Positions 54,862 through 64,000 of a stretch of 64,000 nt of DNA are shown here, piece after piece. Numbering within the stretch: the first letter of the stretch is position 1; the number at the start of each line of letters is the position of its first letter. The position numbers were made by a program, and so were the translations under genes. The notes beneath the pieces were generated by a model. The model made no database searches, had not been told where the DNA came from, and was given only the letters and a program-made list of their open reading frames with translations. Source of the DNA: an uncultured Nitrospirales bacterium (GTDB lineage Bacteria; Nitrospirota; Nitrospiria; Nitrospirales; NS-4); assembly GCA_964472655.1 (NCBI GenBank), contig CAYYLQ010000004.1:1912-65911 (forward strand), read 5' to 3'.

Positions 54862-54957
54862 CTACACTTTCCGGCGCGCGAATTTCATGCGCCGACGGAG
54901 CTTCCGATGCTTGTGCTTCCGCATTTTCTTCCGGCGCTTCTTGACAACACTCGACAT
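54862..54957 (-). CDS. 31-aa highly basic peptide, bS22 / AURKAIP1-COX24-like (not in the ORF track)
   Basis: Hand translation: MSSVVKKRRKKMRKHKHRKLRRRMKFARRKV*. GGAG lies 8 nt upstream. The pattern resembles the MGSVIKKRRKRM.KKKHRKLL family. Confidence 0.55.
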   Translation of the reverse strand: MSSVVKKRRKKMRKHKHRKLRRRMKFARRKV

Positions 54958-55085
54958 AGGCTTCTCCGTAATGCTTTCCGCAATCTACCGAATCCGACCG
55001 GCAATAGCAAGCCGGCCGCTTCTCAAAACGGGCGGAGGGTATTCTATTAGGGCCGCCTTGTCAAGAATGCTATACTGAAGCCTTC

Positions 55086-55592
55086 ATGTTCGTGCGAGAC
55101 TTCAGCTCGATTCGATCAATCGTAACCTTATGGTTCGTCGGGCTTGCGGGGCTCGGGGCCGTGGCCTGCTCCAAACCCAACACCATCAATCCGGATGACG
55201 CTGCCCGCGTCCGGAAAATCGACAGCACGGTGGAGCAGATACGGAAGGCCTATACGGGCAAAGACCCCAGTGTCTTCGAGGGCCTGTTTATGCCCTCAGA
55301 GAGTCTCCGCAAGATGCAGGCGGACATCCAGCGAGACTTCGCCGCCTACGAGCAGATCAGCCTCGATTTTACGATCGATCGGGTGATGGTGGAAGGACCG
55401 GACGTAGCCGTGTATTTCCACTGGCAGGGGCAGTGGCAGATACGGGACGGAGACCAGCCGCTCCGGGAACGGGGCCATGCCGTGTTCCGGATGGTGGGGC
55501 AACAGAATCTTACGTTGAGCGCGGTCGACGGTGATGCGCCCTTCGGCATGTCGGCCCGCAGGATTCAGATTGAGCGGCCGAAGGGGCGGTAG
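55086..55592 (+). CDS. putative lipoprotein, function unknown
   Basis: Signal peptide with lipobox-like LGAVAC. 168 aa. Confidence 0.5.
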   Translation: MFVRDFSSIRSIVTLWFVGLAGLGAVACSKPNTINPDDAARVRKIDSTVEQIRKAYTGKDPSVFEGLFMPSESLRKMQADIQRDFAAYEQISLDFTIDRVMVEGPDVAVYFHWQGQWQIRDGDQPLRERGHAVFRMVGQQNLTLSAVDGDAPFGMSARRIQIERPKGR

Positions 55593-55593
55593 C

Positions 55594-57243
55594 ATGGCTG
55601 TCCGACGCACGCGTGCGGCTGCGAAGCCGACGCTCCCGATCGCCGACTTCCTGGTCATCGGCAGCGGCGTTGCCGGGCTGCGGGCGGCCATCGGCTTGAG
55701 CCGGGCCGGGCGCGTGCTGATTCTGACGAAAGGAAGCCCTGCAGAGGGAAGTTCGATTTATGCCCAGGGGGGCGTGGCCGTCGCGTCCGAGGAAGACGAC
55801 ATCGCGTTGCATCGAGACGATACGTTGCGCGCCGGCAAAGGGCTGTGCCGGGAGGCGGCGGTCCAGGTGCTCGTCGAGGAGGGGCCGGCCCGGATTCAGG
55901 AGTTGATCCGCTGGGGAGCGCGCTTCGACAAAGCGGGGGCAGGGTATGCCTTCGCCCGCGAAGCGGCGCACAGCCGGGACCGCATCATGCGCGCCGGCGG
56001 CGACGCCACGGGCACCGAGATGGTCCGCACCCTGCTCGACCAGGCGCGTTCTCTGCCGCAGATCGCCTGGCGCGACCACCATTTCACCGTTGACCTGCTG
56101 CAAGACGAGGAGGGCCGTTGCAACGGTGCGTTGGTGTTGGATGAGTCCTCAGGGGAGGTGAAACAGGTCAAAGCGCGGGCCGTGGTGTTGTCCACGGGAG
56201 GAGCCGGACAGATCTACGCCAGGACGACCAATCCGCCCGTTGCGACCGGCGACGGGATCGCGATGGCCTACCGCGCCGGCGCGATCGTGGAGGACATGGA
56301 ATTCGTCCAGTTCCATCCCACGGCCTTGTACCTGCCGGCCACCCCCCAATTCCTGCTCTCCGAGGCCATGCGGGGAGAAGGCGGCATTCTGCGAAACATT
56401 AACGGCGAGGCCTTCATGGGACGCTACCACGAGATGGCCGAGATGGCGTCGCGCGACATCGTCTCCCGCGCGATCTGGAATGAAATGGTGGCGACGTCCG
56501 CCCGGCACGTCTATCTCGACGTGACTCATCTGGAACCGGGCTTTATTCGGGAGCGCTTTCCGACGATCTACGCGACGTGCCTGCGCTACGATGTGGATAT
56601 CACGGAAGAGATGATTCCGGTCTGTCCCAGCGCGCACTTTATGATGGGCGGTGTGTGGACGGACACGTATGGAGCGACCAGCATCTCCGGGCTGTTTGCC
56701 GCCGGCGAGGTGGCCTGTTCCGGCGTCCACGGTGCAAACCGCCTGGCCAGCAATTCCTTGCTGGAGGGCCTGGTCTTCGGCGCCCGCGCGGCCGAGGCCG
56801 CCGCCGCGTATGCAAACGGTCCAGGTACGGCGCGCGATGGCTCGAAGGTCCGAAAGGCGGAGACCGATGCAAAGTCGCGCAGCGATCAGCTCGCGATGGA
56901 GAAGCTGCTCAACTCGCTGCGTCGGCTGATGTGGACAAAGGCCGGCATCATCCGAAACAGGGAGAGCCTTCTTGCCGCGATCGCGCAGTTTGAAAAATGG
57001 GAAGAGCGTCTGAAGGGTCGGTGCCAGACTCGACGCGAGTTGGAGATCCAGAATATGGTGACGGTGGGGCATCTCGTCGCGACGGCTGCCCTCCAGCGCG
57101 AGCATAGCCTCGGCGCCCATTTCCGATCCGACTTTCCGGAGGAATTTTCAGCCGGCTGGGACCGCCACATCCAATTGGAAGCGGCGGGCAGGGGAACGTG
57201 CGAGGTGCGGGAACGAGAGCTTAATTGGGACTCAAATAATTGA
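55594..57243 (+). CDS. nadB: L-aspartate oxidase
   Basis: FAD motif DFLVIGSGVAGL. HPTAL, RGEGG and the succinate-dehydrogenase-like flavoprotein body. Confidence 0.95.
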   Translation: MAVRRTRAAAKPTLPIADFLVIGSGVAGLRAAIGLSRAGRVLILTKGSPAEGSSIYAQGGVAVASEEDDIALHRDDTLRAGKGLCREAAVQVLVEEGPARIQELIRWGARFDKAGAGYAFAREAAHSRDRIMRAGGDATGTEMVRTLLDQARSLPQIAWRDHHFTVDLLQDEEGRCNGALVLDESSGEVKQVKARAVVLSTGGAGQIYARTTNPPVATGDGIAMAYRAGAIVEDMEFVQFHPTALYLPATPQFLLSEAMRGEGGILRNINGEAFMGRYHEMAEMASRDIVSRAIWNEMVATSARHVYLDVTHLEPGFIRERFPTIYATCLRYDVDITEEMIPVCPSAHFMMGGVWTDTYGATSISGLFAAGEVACSGVHGANRLASNSLLEGLVFGARAAEAAAAYANGPGTARDGSKVRKAETDAKSRSDQLAMEKLLNSLRRLMWTKAGIIRNRESLLAAIAQFEKWEERLKGRCQTRRELEIQNMVTVGHLVATAALQREHSLGAHFRSDFPEEFSAGWDRHIQLEAAGRGTCEVRERELNWDSNN

Positions 57244-58135
57244 CGAAACGACGGGTAATGAGGGGGGGAGTTTCCGCATCATAGATCCGGGTAGGCCGAC
57301 TGGCGATCCCTTCGCGGGAAAAGTCCTTGTAGAAGCGGATGACCTTCCGGACGTACTGCTGGGTTTCGCTGATCCGTGGAATCCGGCTCTCGCGCAGCAC
57401 TCTGGACTCTCCCGCGTTATAGGCGGCAAGCGCCAGCTCCAGGTTTCCTCCGAAGCGGTCCAGCAGATAGCGCAGGTAACGCACGCCGCCGGAGACGTTC
57501 TCCTCCGGGTCGTAGGGATTCAAGACGTTCAGCAGCGACGCCGTGCCCGGCATCAACTGCATCAGGCCCATTGCGCCCTTCGACGATACGGCGTTGGGAT
57601 CATAGGCCGACTCAGCGCGGATGACGGCATGTACGAGTGCCGGGCTCATGCGGTGCTTGTGAGAGGTCTGTACAATGGTGTCGTGGAGCTTCAGGGAGGG
57701 GAGCGTCGGTTTCAGTCTGGCGAGCGTCCGCTCTCCCCGAATCCTCTTGTAGCGCGGATTCGTCGGGACGTTGGAAAAATGGATGACTCCGTTGACGTCC
57801 TTATACTGGTAAAACGTGTCGCCGGTTCGTTCCTCTGCAAGGCTGCTCGGCGCGGAAGCGAGGACTTGGCTCGGCGAAGAAACCGGCATGGTCGGTTTTG
57901 TCTGCGTTGGACTGGAGACGACCGGCCTCGCGGCCGCTGGCGAACGGTCTTCCCGCATTTTCCGGTAGCGCGAGTCGGTCGGCGCGTTGGAGAGGTGGGT
58001 CACGCCGTTGGTGTCGACAAAACGGTAGATCGTCTCGGCGGACGCATCGGTGGAAACGACGCCCAGGATCGCAAGACCCGTCAGGCTCCAGATATGCCCG
58101 TACGAACGAATGCGCCGCAACATGAGGTCCACCAT
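57221..58135 (-). CDS. lytic transglycosylase (SLT domain) with two DUF4124-like repeats
   Basis: Repeats IYRFVDTNGVTHLSNAP and FYQYKDVNGVIHFSNVP. SLT motifs AESAYDP and GLMQLMPGTA. Start chosen at ATG 58135 before the signal-like helix. Confidence 0.8.
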   Translation of the reverse strand: MVDLMLRRIRSYGHIWSLTGLAILGVVSTDASAETIYRFVDTNGVTHLSNAPTDSRYRKMREDRSPAAARPVVSSPTQTKPTMPVSSPSQVLASAPSSLAEERTGDTFYQYKDVNGVIHFSNVPTNPRYKRIRGERTLARLKPTLPSLKLHDTIVQTSHKHRMSPALVHAVIRAESAYDPNAVSSKGAMGLMQLMPGTASLLNVLNPYDPEENVSGGVRYLRYLLDRFGGNLELALAAYNAGESRVLRESRIPRISETQQYVRKVIRFYKDFSREGIASRPTRIYDAETPPLITRRFVNYLSPN

Positions 58136-58322
58136 ACCCAACCCGTTCCTACGTGTCAACGTTTCTCTGTGATCGGCCGTCCCGGTCCTAGTGGTTGTTC
58201 GCGGGTATTCCTGGGAATGGAAAGGACGGTGAAGCGGCGAACTGACCGGAATATTGTATGTTTGGGGGCCGCTTCGTATACAATACCCCCTGCTGCGTAA
58301 GCTTGGTAATGGGGGTGCACTG

Positions 58323-59657
58323 ATGTGGCTGGAGCTGATCGCCATTGGGGTTCTGATTCTCTTGAACGGTTTCTTTGCCTGCGCCGAATTGTCCATCGTC
58401 AACACGCGGCGAAGCCGGGTCAAACACCTGGTCGAGGAGGGGAACGTCCGGGCCCGTTTCGTGCAGGTCTTTCAGGAAGATTCGGAGCGCTTTCTGGCAA
58501 CCACTCAGATTGGGATCACGGTCGCGGGCGCGACGGCCGCCGCCATGGGCGGCGTCGTCGCCATCGACCATCTTAAGCCCGTCGTTGCGGCGATCCCCTT
58601 TGCGTTCGTGCAGGCCGTGGCCGAGCCGATCGCGGTCGGGACGGTGGTCCTCATTATTTCGTACTTCGCGCTCATCTTCGGCGAGCTCGTGCCCAAGATA
58701 CTGGCTATCAAGAATCCGGAGCGCCTTGCGCTGTTTATGGCGCGTCCGTTGGAGTGGTTCGCGCGGGTGGCGGTCTGGGGCATCAAGCCGCTGGCCTTGT
58801 CGAGCAGGAGCATCCTGCGCGTGTTGGGCAAGGCGGCTCCGGACCAAAAGGTGTTCATCTCGGAAGAGGAGATCAACCTGCTCATGAAAGAAGGCCAGGA
58901 AACAGGGGTCTTCGACAAGACCGAGCAGGAACTCATCCGGAGCGTATTCGAATTCACCGACACCTCGGTGAAGGAGGTTATGGTTCCGCGCCCCAAGATG
59001 TGCGCGATCGAAATCGATACGCCGATGGCCGACCTCCTGCGCTACATCGATGAGAACAAATTTTCCCGCTACCCGGTGTACCGCAAGGGCCTCAACGACC
59101 TGCTGGGCATTCTCTACCAGAAAGACCTCCTGGGCCAAGTCGCGTCGGGCAAGCTGTTTAACCTCAAGGATTTGCTGCATCCTGTCTATTACGTCCCCGA
59201 AGCCATGAAGGTCAGCCTGCTGCTCAAGGAGATGCAGCGCCGGCGGATACACATGGCCATCGTGGTCAACGAGTATGGCAGCGTCGAAGGGCTGGTCACG
59301 CTGGAAGACCTGATCGAGGAGATCGTCGGAGAGATCCAGGACGAGTACGACACGGAGGAAAAGCCCGTCGAGCGGCTCAAGGATGGTGCGGTTCTCGTCG
59401 ATGCCTCCATGCCCGTGAAAGACCTCATTACCGAATACGCGCTGCCGATCCCGCTCTCGCCTGAGTATGAAACGTTGAGCGGGTTCATTACCTATCAGAT
59501 CCAGGGACTCCCCCGCGGAGGCGAGGTGTTCTATCACGGCGACTACAAGTTCACGGTTGTGGACCTGGGCGACCGGCGGGTGTCCAAGGTCAAGGTCGAG
59601 CGGATTGCGGACCGGTCACAGCCTGTCAAGGAACCGGTCAAGACTGTCCCGAAATGA
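58323..59657 (+). CDS. CNNM/hemolysin-family membrane protein (DUF21-CBS pair-CorC_HlyC)
   Basis: N-terminal DUF21 TM region with LNGFFACAELSIV. CBS pair. C-terminal CorC-like domain. Confidence 0.85.
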   Translation: MWLELIAIGVLILLNGFFACAELSIVNTRRSRVKHLVEEGNVRARFVQVFQEDSERFLATTQIGITVAGATAAAMGGVVAIDHLKPVVAAIPFAFVQAVAEPIAVGTVVLIISYFALIFGELVPKILAIKNPERLALFMARPLEWFARVAVWGIKPLALSSRSILRVLGKAAPDQKVFISEEEINLLMKEGQETGVFDKTEQELIRSVFEFTDTSVKEVMVPRPKMCAIEIDTPMADLLRYIDENKFSRYPVYRKGLNDLLGILYQKDLLGQVASGKLFNLKDLLHPVYYVPEAMKVSLLLKEMQRRRIHMAIVVNEYGSVEGLVTLEDLIEEIVGEIQDEYDTEEKPVERLKDGAVLVDASMPVKDLITEYALPIPLSPEYETLSGFITYQIQGLPRGGEVFYHGDYKFTVVDLGDRRVSKVKVERIADRSQPVKEPVKTVPK

Positions 59658-60482
59658 CGCGTGTAGCTGGCGGGTGATCGCGCCCGGCTTGCCGTTTCCG
59701 ATTCGTTGTCCATCCACCTGCGTTACCGGTAGCACTTCCTGTGTCGTATTGGTGAGGAAGCATTCTTCGGCGCGCAGCAGATCGTCCACGGTCAGTCGCG
59801 CCTCGTCCGATGGGATGCCCAGTTCGGACGCCAACTGCAGCACCAGCCCGCGGGTGATGCCATCGAGGATGCCGCTTTCGACCGGCGGCGTCCGTACGCG
59901 CCCTTGTTGCACCGCGAACAGGTTGCTGGTCGTTCCCTCGGTGAGTTCGCCCCGGTGGTTCAGCATCAGGGCTTCATGAGCGCCGGCCGTTTTCGCCTCC
60001 ATCTTTGCCAGGATGTTGTTCAGGAAATTGAGCGATTTGACCTGCGGCGGCAGGGCCTCAGGCAGGTTGCGCCTGGTTTTGGCGATGATCACCGACACGC
60101 CATCGGTATAGAGCGATTCGGGATACGGCTGAAACGGTTTGGCGATGATGACCAGCGTAGGGGATTTGCACAGCGCCGGGTCTAGTCCGATTTCGCCCGC
60201 GCCCCGCGAAACGGTGATGCGAAGATAGGCTTCCTGTAACTGATTCCGCTTGAGGGATTCCCGCAGGAGGTCGGTCAGGCGTGAGCGACTGACCGGCAAT
60301 GCGAGCTGGATACGCGACGCCGAGCGCTCCAGTCGGGCGAGATGTTCGGCGAGTTGGAGCACCAGGCCGCGATAGGCGCGCAGCGTTTCATACACCCCGT
60401 CGCCGTACAGAAAACCGTGATCGAAGACCGACACGACGGCTTCTTCCTGCGGCACGAATGTGTCGTTCAGATAGACCCACAT
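59616..60482 (-). CDS. pabC: class IV aminotransferase (aminodeoxychorismate lyase PabC-like)
   Basis: FDHGFLYGDGVYET and EGTTSNLF motifs. ATG lies 2 nt after the pabB stop. Confidence 0.75.
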   Translation of the reverse strand: MWVYLNDTFVPQEEAVVSVFDHGFLYGDGVYETLRAYRGLVLQLAEHLARLERSASRIQLALPVSRSRLTDLLRESLKRNQLQEAYLRITVSRGAGEIGLDPALCKSPTLVIIAKPFQPYPESLYTDGVSVIIAKTRRNLPEALPPQVKSLNFLNNILAKMEAKTAGAHEALMLNHRGELTEGTTSNLFAVQQGRVRTPPVESGILDGITRGLVLQLASELGIPSDEARLTVDDLLRAEECFLTNTTQEVLPVTQVDGQRIGNGKPGAITRQLHASFRDSLDRFLDRL

Positions 60483-60484
60483 GG

Positions 60485-61984
60485 CTACGATTCTCGCAGC
60501 GCCTTCAGCAACGCTTCGGCCTTGAACAACGTTTCCTGATATTCGCGGGCGGGATCGGAGTCCGCGACGATCCCGGCGCCGACTTGGAGAGAGGCCTGCT
60601 CGCCCGCGATGACCAACGTCCGGATGATGATGTTCCAATCCACGTCTCCGCACGGGCTGATATACCCGATGGAGCCGGTGTAGGGCCCGCGGCGGACCGG
60701 CTCCAATTCGTTGATGATCTCCATACAGCGCACCTTCGGCACGCCGGTGATGGTCCCGCCCGGGAAGACCGCGCGGAGCAAGTCCAGCGCGTCACGCCCG
60801 GACGCGAGGTGGCCCCGGATGTTGGACACGATATGGCTCACATGCGAGTAACGCTCGACGACCATGAATTCATCCACGCGGACGCTCCCGTACTCACATA
60901 CGCGTCCCAGGTCGTTGCGCTCTAGGTCCACCAGCATGATGTGCTCGGTCCGTTCCTTAGGGTTCATCAGCAGGTCTTCAACCAGCAGGCGGTCCTCGTC
61001 CGTGGAGGCGCCGCGTGGGCGCGTGCCGGCGATAGGCCGCGTGTCCACCTCATTTCCGGAGAGCCGCACGAGCCGTTCCGGCGAGCAACTGACCAGCGTC
61101 ACATCGGGGAGCTCAAGCAGGGCGGCAAAGGGTGACGGGTTGATCTCGCGCAGCCGGCGATAGATGGAGCGGGGCGAGCGGCCTCCCAGATCGACCGTGA
61201 AGCGGTGCGACAGGTTCGCCTGATAGATGTCGCCGGCTGCGATGTACTCGAGGCATCGCCGGACTTTTGCCGTATAGTCGGTTTCGGACATTCCGGGTGA
61301 AATGCGGGGAGGGACTTGAGGGCTCCAGTCTGGCAGGACCGGCAGCAGACTGCTCAGCCGGGTTTCCAGCGCCAGGAGGCGGGCCATGCCTTCTTCATAC
61401 AATTGTTCGCGCGGCTCTTTGAGGAACCGTTCACCGAAGGGGCAGAAGATGAGCCACAGTTCCTGCCGCTCGTGATCCACGACTGCCGCAAGGTCGAAGA
61501 AGGCCAGCTCTGCATCAGGAATCGCTGGGTCGGCGTCGGGCGGAGCGGGAAGGCGTTCAAACCATCGCGCTACGTCATACCCGAAGTACCCGATGGCACC
61601 CCCATAAAAAGGTGGAAATCCAGCCGGGCGGGGGACAGCCATGCGACCGAGGAGGTCCCGAATCGCGCTCATCGGGTCGCCGGCGCGCGTCGCCCATTCT
61701 TCGCCCCGCGCACTCCAGGCCAGACGGGACCCGGTGCATCGAAACAGGAGCGCAGGATCGGCGCCGATGATGGAGTAACGGGGCCCGGCGCCGAGTCCAC
61801 GCGGACTGTGCCCGCTCTCCAGCAGTACGGGACAGCGCACATCCCCAGCCAGCCGCTGGTAGAGATCGAATGTGGAATAGTTCGGCAGGGGGAGGACCGT
61901 CGCCAGGGGAACCGGAAGCGATGCGGTCAGGAAGGATTCTTGGGACGTTCGATGCACGGTCAAAATCCTCTCATTCCACGGCAT
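60485..61984 (-). CDS. pabB: aminodeoxychorismate / anthranilate synthase component I family (PabB-like)
   Basis: Chorismate-binding motifs FPGGTITGVPK and PYTGSIGY. Start uncertain (61984 or 62017). Confidence 0.8.
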   Translation of the reverse strand: MPWNERILTVHRTSQESFLTASLPVPLATVLPLPNYSTFDLYQRLAGDVRCPVLLESGHSPRGLGAGPRYSIIGADPALLFRCTGSRLAWSARGEEWATRAGDPMSAIRDLLGRMAVPRPAGFPPFYGGAIGYFGYDVARWFERLPAPPDADPAIPDAELAFFDLAAVVDHERQELWLIFCPFGERFLKEPREQLYEEGMARLLALETRLSSLLPVLPDWSPQVPPRISPGMSETDYTAKVRRCLEYIAAGDIYQANLSHRFTVDLGGRSPRSIYRRLREINPSPFAALLELPDVTLVSCSPERLVRLSGNEVDTRPIAGTRPRGASTDEDRLLVEDLLMNPKERTEHIMLVDLERNDLGRVCEYGSVRVDEFMVVERYSHVSHIVSNIRGHLASGRDALDLLRAVFPGGTITGVPKVRCMEIINELEPVRRGPYTGSIGYISPCGDVDWNIIIRTLVIAGEQASLQVGAGIVADSDPAREYQETLFKAEALLKALRES

Positions 61985-62074
61985 CTTAACCCACCGCTTC
62001 GAGGCCCGGCAAGGCATTGTGCGTGCCTTGACTTCCCCTGGCGATTCTGTTTAGATGGCGCGGCTTTTGGCTTT

Positions 62075-62284
62075 ATGGCTGATCAGCCCGATGCGTTCCG
62101 GAAAGGCCTGTCGATCGCCATGCGGATCGGCGTCGAGTTGGTCGCCGCTCTGGCCGTGGGCGGGGGGCTGGGATACTTGGCCGATTCGTACTTCGATTCC
62201 GGCCCGATCGGCATTCTGCTCGGTGTTTTCCTGGGCATGTCGGCGGGACTCTTGAACGTGTATCGAATGGCATCGCGCTTCTGA
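62075..62284 (+). CDS. AtpZ/AtpI-like small membrane protein of the F-ATPase operon
   Basis: 69 aa from the internal ATG, two hydrophobic helices. Sits immediately upstream of atpB. The rest of ORF 61316..62284 shadows pabB. Confidence 0.6.
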   Translation: MADQPDAFRKGLSIAMRIGVELVAALAVGGGLGYLADSYFDSGPIGILLGVFLGMSAGLLNVYRMASRF

Positions 62285-62287
62285 ATC

Positions 62288-63049
62288 ATGGAAAGCCACG
62301 CGGAAAGCAACCCGCTTCACCCGTTTGAACTGCACCCCTACGGAGCGTTCCACCTGTTCGGTCTGGATATCTCGCTCAACAAGGCCGTGATCATGATGTG
62401 GATCATCATCGCGCTGGCAGCCCTGTTCCTCATCAAGGCGGGCAGCGGGCGACGGCTCGTGCCGACGCGACTACAGAGCCTGGCCGAATTGCTGGTGGAG
62501 TTCATCAGAGGTATGATCCTGGACACGATGGGCGAGAAAGGCATGCGGTTCTTTCCCTTCATCGCCACCCTGTTTGTCTTCATCCTGTTCTCCAATTTGC
62601 TGGGGCTCATCCCGGGGTCCTACACGGTGACGAGTCAGATCGTGGTCACGGCGGCCTTCGCGTTGTTCGTCTACACGATGAGCATCATAGTCGGGTTTGT
62701 GTTTCATGGCTTTAAGTTCCTCGGCATTTTGATTCCGCCGGGGACGCCCGCCCTGCTCCTGCCGCTGATGATGCCGATCGAGTTGGTCAGCCAGTTGGCC
62801 AGACCGGTGTCGCTGGCAGTCCGACTGTTCGCCAACATGACGGCAGGGCATACGATCCTGGCCGTCCTGTTCGGGATGGCGCTCTCGCTGCCGATCTTCG
62901 TTGGGTGGCTCCCGTTCGCCTTCACCATCGCCATAAACGGCCTCGAAGTGGGCATCGCCCTCATCCAGGCCTACATTTTCACGATTCTGACCTGCGTGTA
63001 CCTCGGAGACGCCATCAACCTACACGGGCATTCCGAAGGCGCGCACTAG
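62288..63049 (+). CDS. atpB: F0F1 ATP synthase subunit a
   Basis: Conserved RLFANMTAGH stator-Arg motif. Polytopic. Confidence 0.9.
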   Translation: MESHAESNPLHPFELHPYGAFHLFGLDISLNKAVIMMWIIIALAALFLIKAGSGRRLVPTRLQSLAELLVEFIRGMILDTMGEKGMRFFPFIATLFVFILFSNLLGLIPGSYTVTSQIVVTAAFALFVYTMSIIVGFVFHGFKFLGILIPPGTPALLLPLMMPIELVSQLARPVSLAVRLFANMTAGHTILAVLFGMALSLPIFVGWLPFAFTIAINGLEVGIALIQAYIFTILTCVYLGDAINLHGHSEGAH

Positions 63050-63093
63050 CAACGGCTCTCGCGGATCGAACGGATAGAAAGGAGAACGCTGTA

Positions 63094-63327
63094 ATGGATG
63101 CTGCATCGGCTGCGCTGTTGGGAATGGGCTTGGCGGCCGCCGGGTTCGCCGGCGCCGGCGTGGGAATCGGCTATGTCTTCGGCAAGATGATCGAAGCGGT
63201 CGCGCGCCAGCCGGAGGCGGAAGGCCGGGTCGGCAAGTACATGTGGATCGGGTTCGCTCTTGTGGAAGCGATCGCGCTCTACGGGCTCGTCATCGCGTTC
63301 ATCATCATGGGGAAGGGCGGGAAATAG
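63094..63327 (+). CDS. atpE: F0F1 ATP synthase subunit c
   Basis: 77 aa from the ATG after AAAGGAGA. ARQPE loop and FALVEAIALY carboxylate helix. Confidence 0.95.
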   Translation: MDAASAALLGMGLAAAGFAGAGVGIGYVFGKMIEAVARQPEAEGRVGKYMWIGFALVEAIALYGLVIAFIIMGKGGK

Positions 63328-63332
63328 CGGCT

Positions 63333-63842
63333 ATGCCACAGTTCGACACGCACTTTTTCTCGTCGCTGCTCTTCTGGGAAATCATCTCGTTCGCGGCCCT
63401 GCTGTTCATCCTGGCCAAGTATGCCTTCCCGCCGATCCTGCAGACTCTCGACGAGCGGGAGCGCAGGATCCGCGAGAGCATCGAATCGGCGGAGCGGCGG
63501 AGCGCGGAGGCCGAGCGGCGGATGGCCGAGTACGAGGCCAAAATGAAGGCCTCGGCCAAGGAAGCCGAGGAGATGATTGCGCAGGCCAAGGCCCGGGCCC
63601 AGCAAATGAAGGAAGAGAACGAGCGCCAGCTCTCGGCCGATGCGGAGCGGATCAAGGCCGCCGCCGCCCGCGAGATCGAGCAGGAACGCCGCAAGGCGCT
63701 CGATGATGTGCGCCGCTACGCCGGTGATTTGGCGCTGCAGGTCGCCGGGAAGGTCCTGGAGCGGAGCCTGACGGACACGGACCACAAGCGTCTGGCCGAT
63801 GAGTCCCTTGCCGCCGTCGCCAAGGACTTCGAGAAGGCGTAA
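63333..63842 (+). CDS. atpF: F0F1 ATP synthase subunit b
   Basis: 169 aa. Single N-terminal TM helix then a long charged coiled coil. Follows atpE. Confidence 0.9.
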   Translation: MPQFDTHFFSSLLFWEIISFAALLFILAKYAFPPILQTLDERERRIRESIESAERRSAEAERRMAEYEAKMKASAKEAEEMIAQAKARAQQMKEENERQLSADAERIKAAAAREIEQERRKALDDVRRYAGDLALQVAGKVLERSLTDTDHKRLADESLAAVAKDFEKA

Positions 63843-64000
63843 GCCGTCCCGTTATCCGCTCATTGCATTCCACAGGGAAGTGTGTTAGAGTGCCGCCGTT
63901 GTGAACAGCCGCTTTCGTTGCCGCGGGGCCGGGCGAAGGAGCGGATAACCCATCAGGCCCCGAAACCGATATTGCCTTGTGCTAGGAATCTGAACGGAAC

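Noticed and set aside
63851-63949. A perfect 11-bp inverted repeat (GTTATCCGCTC ... GAGCGGATAAC) separated by 77 nt sits in the untranslated stretch after atpF, where atpH would normally follow closely. It could be the ends of a MITE or a structured RNA.
   Set aside because: A rough estimate gives about one such 11-bp inverted pair within 100 nt per 64 kb by chance. The window ends at 64000, so the context and the atpH start cannot be seen.
1-64000. I looked on both strands for CRISPR arrays, tandem repeats, IS elements, integrases or recombinases, toxin-antitoxin pairs, and retron- or DGR-like reverse transcriptases.
   Set aside because: I saw no regularly spaced repeats. No ORF carries transposase, integrase, reverse-transcriptase or typical toxin motifs. 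This absence is based on visual inspection only.

Overview
This is a high-G+C chromosomal segment from a diderm (Gram-negative-type) bacterium. I cannot assign taxonomy from the sequence alone. I count about 70 protein genes and 7 tRNAs. I see no rRNA, no CRISPR array and no recognisable integrase or transposase in any frame. The backbone is housekeeping: queD-folE, rarA, two ABC-F ATPases (one EttA-like), purA, nucleotide-sugar genes (epimerase, gmd, UDP-sugar dehydrogenase), dus-maf, comM, typA, PBP1A, an iscRSUA-hscBA-iscX operon, gltX, nadB, pabBC and the start of the F-ATPase operon (atpZ-B-E-F). Three accessory segments sit directly downstream of tRNA genes. (1) After tRNA-Lys comes a visibly A+T-rich islet of about 1.7 kb. 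It encodes one 467-aa protein whose C-terminus looks like the DUF4263/Shedu (SduA) PD-(D/E)xK nuclease domain. An orphan CusA/CzcA-type RND pump and outer-membrane genes follow it. (2) After tRNA-Glu(UUC) comes a two-gene cassette (response regulator plus hybrid PAS kinase) bounded by the tRNA 3' end on one side and two degenerate copies of that end on the other. (3) After tRNA-Leu come a PilZ gene and a tightly coupled six-gene lasso-peptide operon. The operon comprises a PqqD-like B1, a transglutaminase-like B2, an Asn-synthetase-like cyclase, a 54-codon precursor ORF that is absent from the supplied ORF track, an HPr-kinase-like kinase and a nucleotidyltransferase. The lasso operon with its unannotated precursor and the Shedu-like gene are my best candidates for something new. 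All functional calls rest on motif and family recognition by eye. No database search or computation was possible, and G+C statements are visual impressions.
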